The notes under the pieces are model-generated. The model saw only the letters and a program-made list of their open reading frames with translations. It ran no database searches and had not been told where the DNA came from. Below are positions 57,421-64,000 of a DNA stretch of 64,000 nt, in pieces (position 1 is the first letter of the stretch; each line of letters begins with the position of its first letter). Both the position numbers and the translations under genes were made by a program. Source of the stretch: Nitrospirota bacterium (GTDB lineage: Bacteria; Nitrospirota; UBA9217); assembly GCA_963751455.1 (NCBI GenBank), contig CAVVUN010000002.1, positions 32,001 to 96,000 of the forward strand, read 5' to 3'.

Positions 57421-57822
57421 ATGGTTATGAATCACGTACATCTAAAAGAAGATAGATCACTCCCTGAACTTTTCTCCGACCTTTCCGGCGAAATGCAAAG
57501 ATTGATCAGGGACGAACTGGCCCTGGTAAAAAGTGAGGTATCCCACAAGATATCCAAAGGGATTAAAGACATTTCCTTTCTTGTAATCGGCGGCGCGGTA
57601 ATATACGCGGGCCTGCTCGCAGTGATCGCAGCGGGTATATTTCTTCTCGGCACCGCGATAGCGTTGTGGCTTTCAGCGCTCATCATAGGCATACTCGTTC
57701 TCGGAATAGGGTATTTCATGGTGCAAAAGGGGCGGACCGAGCTTAAACAAACCGATTTTACTCCGGAAAGGACGGTTCGAAGTTTGAAGGAGGACAAAGA
57801 ATGGATGAAAAAAAGGACATAA
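57421..57822 (+). CDS. Phage holin family (YqjE / Phage_holin_3_6-like) membrane protein
   Basis: SLPELFSDL..LIRDELALVKSE, two TM segments and PERTVRSLKEDKEW. Confidence 0.82.
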   Translation: MVMNHVHLKEDRSLPELFSDLSGEMQRLIRDELALVKSEVSHKISKGIKDISFLVIGGAVIYAGLLAVIAAGIFLLGTAIALWLSALIIGILVLGIGYFMVQKGRTELKQTDFTPERTVRSLKEDKEWMKKRT

Positions 57823-58541
57823 CGACAGACATTCCTCCCGAACAGATTGAGGCGGATATAGCGCGGACCAGAAGGGAGATAACCGGAACAGTCGGTGCAA
57901 TCAGGGAGCGAATTTCCCCCGGGCATTTGAAAGGTCAGGCGAAATATAAAGTCCGCGAATCCACAGTCGGGAGGGCGAAGGAAGCGGCGTCAAGAATAAG
58001 CCGGAGGGCAAAAGAAACCGGCACGCAGATTGCGGATACCGTAAGACGGGACCCGGTGCCGCTTGCACTCGTCGGTGTCGGCATGGCCTGGTGGATGATC
58101 AACCGGTCCCGGCACAACGGAAGCCGTATTTCTGAAAGAACGGCTGCGCTCAGGAATAAAACCGGAGAGCTATCCGGCAAAGTTCAGGAGAAGGCCGGCG
58201 AGTTCACGCGGCAGGCGAGAGAGCGAAGCGGGGCACTGGCTGAGAAGGCGAAGTACGCGGCTGGAAGATACCGCAGGGTCGCGCAGGACAAGGCGCTGGA
58301 CGCAAAGAACATTTTTCAGCAAACCGCCCACGATAACCCGTTCACGATTACCGCCGCAGCGTTTGCACTTGGCGCGGTGTTCGGCCTCATAATTCCGGAA
58401 ACCGGAAGAGAACAGGAAGTAATGGGCAGCGCAAGCGGAACCGTGCTCGGCAAGGCCAGGGAAACAGCGCAGGAGACGCTGCATAAGGCGCAACATGCAG
58501 CGGAAAAAGCAATTGAGACGGCAAAGGAAGAATTTAAATAA
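57801..58541 (+). CDS. DUF3618 domain protein
   Basis: PEQIEADIARTRREITGTVGAIRERISP; NP..AAFALGAVFGLIIPET.RE. Confidence 0.8.
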   Translation: MDEKKDITTDIPPEQIEADIARTRREITGTVGAIRERISPGHLKGQAKYKVRESTVGRAKEAASRISRRAKETGTQIADTVRRDPVPLALVGVGMAWWMINRSRHNGSRISERTAALRNKTGELSGKVQEKAGEFTRQARERSGALAEKAKYAAGRYRRVAQDKALDAKNIFQQTAHDNPFTITAAAFALGAVFGLIIPETGREQEVMGSASGTVLGKARETAQETLHKAQHAAEKAIETAKEEFK

Positions 58542-58617
58542 AAGAATCCTGAACCCGGGAAGCGGCGCTGAGTTCGCATCAGCGCCGATTTTTCGATGGA
58601 GGATCCGAGGAGGTTAT

Positions 58618-59071
58618 ATGGATAACGCCGACATTGTCAAGAAATTAAGAGCTCTTTGCCAGCTCGATATCGACGCCATGCATGCGTACATGCAGGCAAA
58701 AAGACCATATCGAGCAGAACGACATAAAAAACACTATTCTGAACTTTCAGGCGGACCATGGAAGGCATGTGCAGGACCTGTCTGAAATGATCAAGGTCTA
58801 TGGAGAAAAACCGCCGGAGTTCTCAAGGGACTTCAAGGGGTTCCTGCTGGAGGCGTTTGCAAGCGTGAGGAGCCTGACCGGAACAAAGGGAGCTCTGAAG
58901 GCGCTGAAGAGCGGGGAAAAAATGACGAACAAGCAGTATGCGGAGGCGGTTCCGTCGGATTTCCCGGCTGACGTAATGACGCTGCTCAGCAGGAATTTCG
59001 AAGATGAAAAGCGCCACCTCGACTACATCGAACACGCGCTGAATGTGCGCGCATGGGAAAAAGCGGCGTAA
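58618..59071 (+). CDS. Ferritin-like (DUF2383/PA2169-type) protein; frameshift near 58697
   Basis: RBS ggagg; LCQLDIDAMHAY then DHGRHV, SGEKMTN and EDEKRHL. Confidence 0.75.
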
Positions 59072-59200
59072 CTTTTTACGCCGCTTTACTTTTTGGCATC
59101 GGCTCGGCATGCGTACACTTGTGTAAAGCGGCTCCGAAAAACGTATCTGCGAGGAATGGTAAATCCATAGAAGAATGATGAATAAGCCTAAAAAAAGCAT

Positions 59201-59347
59201 TTGGGACGCAGAAAAATCGGATAAACGCAGATAAGGTCGGATAAAAAAACGTTCTTGTATCGTAAAAGCAGTCACCCTGCGGGTGAATTTTTTTCTCTAA
59301 AAATTCTTTTGTTTGATCTGCGGTTATCTGCGTTCATCTGCGCCCAA
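59201..59347. repeat. Palindromic intergenic element (9-nt unit family), copy 2
   Basis: ttgggacgcagaaaaatcggataaacgcagataagg ... atctgcggttatctgcgttcatctgcgcccaa. Confidence 0.78.
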
Positions 59348-60486
59348 CTGCCGTTTTCAGGATAAGAGATCCAGCGGCTCCGTAGGCGGACGTCCTCCCG
59401 GCTTCAAGGCTCCGTTCCTTTAGCAGATACAATATTTTTTCGGGCTCAGCAATATCTTCATGATCTTCCCTGGATGACAACAGGCACGGTTTCCGACCCG
59501 TTCCATGCCCCCCATGAATGTTTCTCACTGAATAGTTTCCTCGAATCCGGGAAGAATGGCACGAAAGAAAGCGTTCTCGAACAGGTTTCCGATCAGCTGC
59601 CATGTCCCGATCTGAGGATTCTCCAGCTTGCCTGATATTGTGGTCTCGGTTGCCGCCTCTTTTCTCAGGCGGTTTTCGAATAACTCGGCGATACCTCCGA
59701 CGATCCCTTCGCATACGGGTCCAGCAGAAAATCGGCACCCCCCCGTATTGTCAGTTTTCCCGATTCCAGGAAAACCGCCTCAATCAGAAGGTCCGAAGGA
59801 TACTCCCGGTCGCGAGACCGGATATTCTTGATATTCCGGGCAATGATTTTTATATCGCGTACCTTGAACGGTTTGGACAGCCCTTCGGGAACATAGGTCA
59901 ATTCACCGTCTGTGATCTTGAGTTGATTTATTGTCAGAGGGTATACCGCCTGGAGCGCATCCTGCCATGATTCCTTCTCAATCGGCGCTTCGGTCATTTG
60001 ACCTTTCAGGTGCTTAGGATCGATGTGGAGTACAGGCTTGACGATTTTGACATCACCTACGAGATGAAAAGTCAGAAGCTCCAGCCAGCGTATGCTTGCA
60101 TGCAGTCTGCGGACATCGGCTACCGGAGGATCCGGATGCGGTTTCTGAGATAGTACAAGATTTTCGAGATCAAGAGACATTCTAAGAGGGTGAAGCGACA
60201 GGCTGTTTATCCGGACGGTATATCCGGTCAAACGCCGGTTCATTTCCGCTTCAATATAGCTGCGCACCGGCTCCCTGGAGTAGTAGGCGGCTGCTTCAAT
60301 TCCGATAACAAGGGAGAGGAATATTGCCAGTATCCATACCAGATGTTTTTTTTCATATGCCGGTATCCAGAAAGAATTAAGCTGATCAGGAAGTCGTGCG
60401 TCTCCACCGGTTGTTACACGCGAAGCAAAATTAAAACAGAACATAAGTACCCTTTCTTCCAGATAGAGGCGATCCCTGAGCGCCAT
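59334..60486 (-). CDS. DUF748/AsmA-like protein, frameshifted near 59700 (possibly truncated)
   Basis: TM segment then MNRRLTGYTVRI..LHPL..SWQDALQAVYPLTINQLKITDGELTY. Confidence 0.65.
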
Positions 60487-60537
60487 CTCTGTCCTGAAAT
60501 AAAGGCGGCGATAATGATTAATTATATCACTCGTTGA

Positions 60538-61545
60538 TCAGGTCCCGTCCCGGGCAGCCGATGCTTCCACATAATCCTCCCTGTTTACGACCCCGACCAC
60601 CCGCTCTCCCTTCAGGAACCGTTTTACATTTTGCACTGCCAGACCGGTTGCCTCTTCCTTCATCCCGGGGACCATCCCCGAATTATGCGGGGATCCAAGA
60701 ACATTTGACAATGAAAAGAACGGGTAGTTCGTTCTGAACTCCCCGAACGTGTATGGCTCGATCCACCAGGTATCAATGCCTGCCCTGAAGTCGGGGTGGC
60801 CGGCCAAATGCGCGTACAGATCCGATTCGACGATGATATCTCCCCTGGCTACATTGATGAGTAGGGCTTCCGGCTTCATCCATTGGAGCTGCTGTTTTCC
60901 GATAAGCTGCCGCGTGGCCCGGGTGAGCGGTATACAAAGGACGACGATGTCGGACATGGACAGGACCTTTTGAAGATCATCAAGTTTTCCGATAAATTCC
61001 ACAGGCTCTTCAGTCCTGCCGCTCCTGTTTAAAGCGTGGATCCTGACACCAAGCGGCCGCATAAGACGCGCGACAGCTCGACCGATTCCGCCGAACCCGA
61101 TGATCCCGCACAGAGAGCCATGAAGCCGGCGGTTAAGCCGCGACGCGTCAAATTCTCCGCGGGCCATTTTATGGTGTTCAGGCAGGAGGTTTTTAGCAAG
61201 CGCAAGCGTCATGGCGAGGACATGCTCGGCAATCGGTTTCGCATATACACCGACGTTGCTTGCGATGACGATTTCCGCCGGAAGTCGGGCAAAGGGCATT
61301 TGGTCTGCGCCCGCGCTCAGGAGCTGAATAAGGCGCACGTTTCGGAGAAGATTGAATTCTTCAGGGTGGAGTTCCGCTGAAAGGTACCAGGACAAAAGAA
61401 CTTCGGCCTGAGCGAGGGTCTTTTCCCGCTGGCCGGAGGACATGCCCGCCAGAAACGAAACACTGATCCCTTCGAACAGGTGCCGGATATGTTCCTTCTG
61501 TTTCTCTCCCACGCTGAAGGTTATGAGTATGTGATTGTCATCCAT
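60538..61545 (-). CDS. D-isomer specific 2-hydroxyacid dehydrogenase
   Basis: IAEHVL, GIIGFGGIG, LINVARG and GSPHNSG. Confidence 0.92.
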   Translation of the reverse strand: MDDNHILITFSVGEKQKEHIRHLFEGISVSFLAGMSSGQREKTLAQAEVLLSWYLSAELHPEEFNLLRNVRLIQLLSAGADQMPFARLPAEIVIASNVGVYAKPIAEHVLAMTLALAKNLLPEHHKMARGEFDASRLNRRLHGSLCGIIGFGGIGRAVARLMRPLGVRIHALNRSGRTEEPVEFIGKLDDLQKVLSMSDIVVLCIPLTRATRQLIGKQQLQWMKPEALLINVARGDIIVESDLYAHLAGHPDFRAGIDTWWIEPYTFGEFRTNYPFFSLSNVLGSPHNSGMVPGMKEEATGLAVQNVKRFLKGERVVGVVNREDYVEASAARDGT

Positions 61546-61750
61546 GCGCCCTTTACCGCGTCAGACAATTTTTCCACTGTAAAAACTTTTTTCCATGGAT
61601 TATTTTAATTATAATGGACAACCGATCGCCGGGAGGTGTTCAAACTTTGCCCTTGTGGAGGCATGCGGAAATACGGGAAAAAGCCGATGTCCTCGTATTA
61701 CTTTTGGTTTCTTTTCTTTACATTCGTTTGGTGATATGTTAAAAATTCTC

Positions 61751-64000
61751 ATGAATTTAAGAGGTTTTCTGGCCGTGGTCGTGTGCGTTTTCGTTTTTTC
61801 AGCACCGGCACGTTCCTATCCTTCCTCCTTCGGAGGTCTTCCCATAACCCGGATAGTAATCCAGGACGATTACGGCAAGGTCCTGGACGATCCGGAAGAG
61901 GTCACCTCTGTAATCGCGGTCATGCCGGGCGATGTATTTTCGCCGGCCGCCATCAGTGACAGCATCACCTACCTTTACCTCAAGCGCATCTTCAGTGATA
62001 TACGCGTGGACGGGATCCCCGATAACGACGGTGTCAAGCTCGTGTTTACGCTCACCCCGCTGAAGATAGTTGCGGGCATCGCGGTCAGAGGCAATCACGT
62101 CCTGTCAACATCCAGAATACATGGCGCACTTGCAGGCATAGAAGGCAAAGAAGTGCGGGACGATAAGTTCCCGGATTACCGCGCAGCGATCGTGATGCTG
62201 TACGAGTCCGAGGGATATTACGGCACAACGGTCGATTTCTCCACGGCAAAAACGGCCCTACCGCACAGAGTGGTTCTCCAGGTTGAAATCCGCGAGCCGG
62301 AACCGACCATGATCGCGGCCATTTCGTTTTCGGGCAATACCCGGTTCACCGACAGGCAACTGCGAAATGTAATGAAGAACAGGGTCGGGAAGCCCCTCAG
62401 GAGCGATCTGCTCCTTGATACGGACATGGCCTCGATCCTGGACGTGTACCGGGAGGCCGGGCACGCTGCAGCGAAACCGGGGCATGTGGATATCCGGTTC
62501 CAGGACGGGAAGGCGTATGTCAGCATTATCGGGAACGAAGGGCCAAGAGTGGATGTCCGGTTTTCGGGAAACCGCGCGTTCAGTGATACGGATCTTCGGA
62601 AACAGCTCCTTATCTGGTCGGAACACGATGTATCGGACGGCATACTTGAGAGCAGCGTGGACAGGATAAGAAACCTGTATAAGGATGATGGGTATGCCGA
62701 CGTGAAAGTTTCGGTAAAAAAGACGGATTCCGGGACCGGCACGCTCGATCTCTTTTTCGAAGTTCAGGAGGGGCCGCGGATCATAGTCAAAACAATAGAG
62801 ATACGGGGCAATGCTTTTTTTTCTGAAAAACAGGTCAGGGAACAGCTGTCTCTCAAAGAGTCGGGCTGGTTCCGATCGAGCCCTTACCGGGAGGATCTCC
62901 TGGATAAAGACATTGACTATATCGAAGACCGGTACGCAGAGGCGGGTTATGTCAATGCCGCCATCACGAAGAAGGTGGCTATCGCCGGCAGCGGTTCAAA
63001 AGCAACAGTTGTAATAGAGATCGCCGAGGGACCGCAGGCCAGAGTTGGTCAAGTAGGCTTCGACGGAAACACCGCTTTTACCGAACCGGAGCTGCTTGCC
63101 ATGGTCGCTTTGAAGCCCGGTGCGCCCTATAACGAACGGCTCCTGGAGGAGGACCGTTACCGGATTCTGTCAGCTTACTCCAACAAGGGTTTTCTGTACG
63201 CCCGGGTGGATGTTGAGAAGAAACAGCTTGAGGACACAGCGGACGTTAAATATAAAATAGCTGAAGACCGGCAGGTGAGGATCGGGAGGATCGTTCTTCG
63301 CGGCAACGAGCGCACAAAGGAAAAAGTGATCATGCGCGAAGTTCTCCTGCAATGCCGGCGACCCCTATGACTACGCGAAAATCCTCGGAAGCCAGCAGCG
63401 CATATACCGGCTTGGCTACTTCGGAGAGGCGAAATTTGAGCCGGTGCATGGCGCGGAAAAGGAATATGTAAAGGACATGCTCTTGTCGGTTGAGGAACGG
63501 CCCGCAGGTGCGGTGGAGCTCTCGTTCGGATACGGCGATTTCGACCGCGCCCGCGGCTCTCTTGAAGTATCCTACCGCAATCTCTGGCGCAGCGCGGAAT
63601 ACGCAAGCATCAGGGTCGAAGAAAGCAATATTTTAAAAAGGGGCTCGTTTAATTATCGCCAGCCCCGGGTTTTCGGCCATCGTACGGAAGGCAGGTTCGG
63701 TCTTGAATGGTCCGATTCAAAGCGGCTGAACCAGGAATCGCGCGAGATATACTATCATACGAGAAAGACGACGACCTCGTACGGGCTGGAGAAAACGTAC
63801 GACAGGCTCAAAGCTTCGTTGACGTATCAGTTCGAAAACGTCGAAAACTATAACATAGCCTGCACCGACTCAAAATTACTCCGGAGGACCAGGACCGTGT
63901 TCAGGGTAAGCAGTCTCACTCCGGCGCTCCTCTGGGACCTCAGGGACGACATTTTCAACCCCCGGAAGGGTTCGCTCCACGGCATTGCCCTGAAGGAAGC
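61751..64000 (+). CDS. Omp85/BamA-family outer membrane protein with many POTRA domains (frameshifts near 63350 and 63860-63900; runs off the right edge)
   Basis: Signal peptide; repeated I.F.GN..F...L...Y...GY POTRA units; second frame IYRLGYF..VEERPAG..GYG. Confidence 0.85.

Noticed and set aside
57421-57822. Holin as evidence of a prophage
   Set aside because: No phage structural, lysin or integrase genes; this family is commonly chromosomal

Overview
Bacterial chromosomal window. 16S signatures (GGTAAGACAGAGGTGGC, GGTGGTGCATGTGG) suggest Nitrospirota; this is pattern recognition, not a database result. The left part is housekeeping: hemE, an ABC-2 exporter, a peptide-binding protein, gap-pgk-tpiA-secG, DUF1015, ribF and tyrS. 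A divergent pair of accessory helicases (SWIM-SNF2 and AEP-primase/SF2/PLD) follows, then a complete rrn operon (16S-tRNA-Ile-tRNA-Ala-23S-5S), smpB, pepN and signalling genes. Signals of most interest: (1) a three-gene operon of histidine kinase, a receiver fused to a HEPN-like RxxxxH domain, and a degenerate MotB/OmpA-like membrane protein (35.4-37.9 kb); (2) a lipoprotein rhodanese whose catalytic codon is an in-frame TGA followed by a SECIS-like hairpin, a probable selenoprotein split by the ORF track (38.2-39.8 kb); (3) an integrase-less integron cassette array with three clear attC sites and nuclease/HEPN cargo, including a 6x zinc-ribbon-HEPN protein (41.9-48.2 kb); (4) a 22-aa Lys-rich micro-protein with its own RBS and terminator; (5) a ~190-nt multi-stem candidate ncRNA; (6) several families of palindromic intergenic elements. 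Many genes carry single-base frameshifts, most likely long-read assembly errors.
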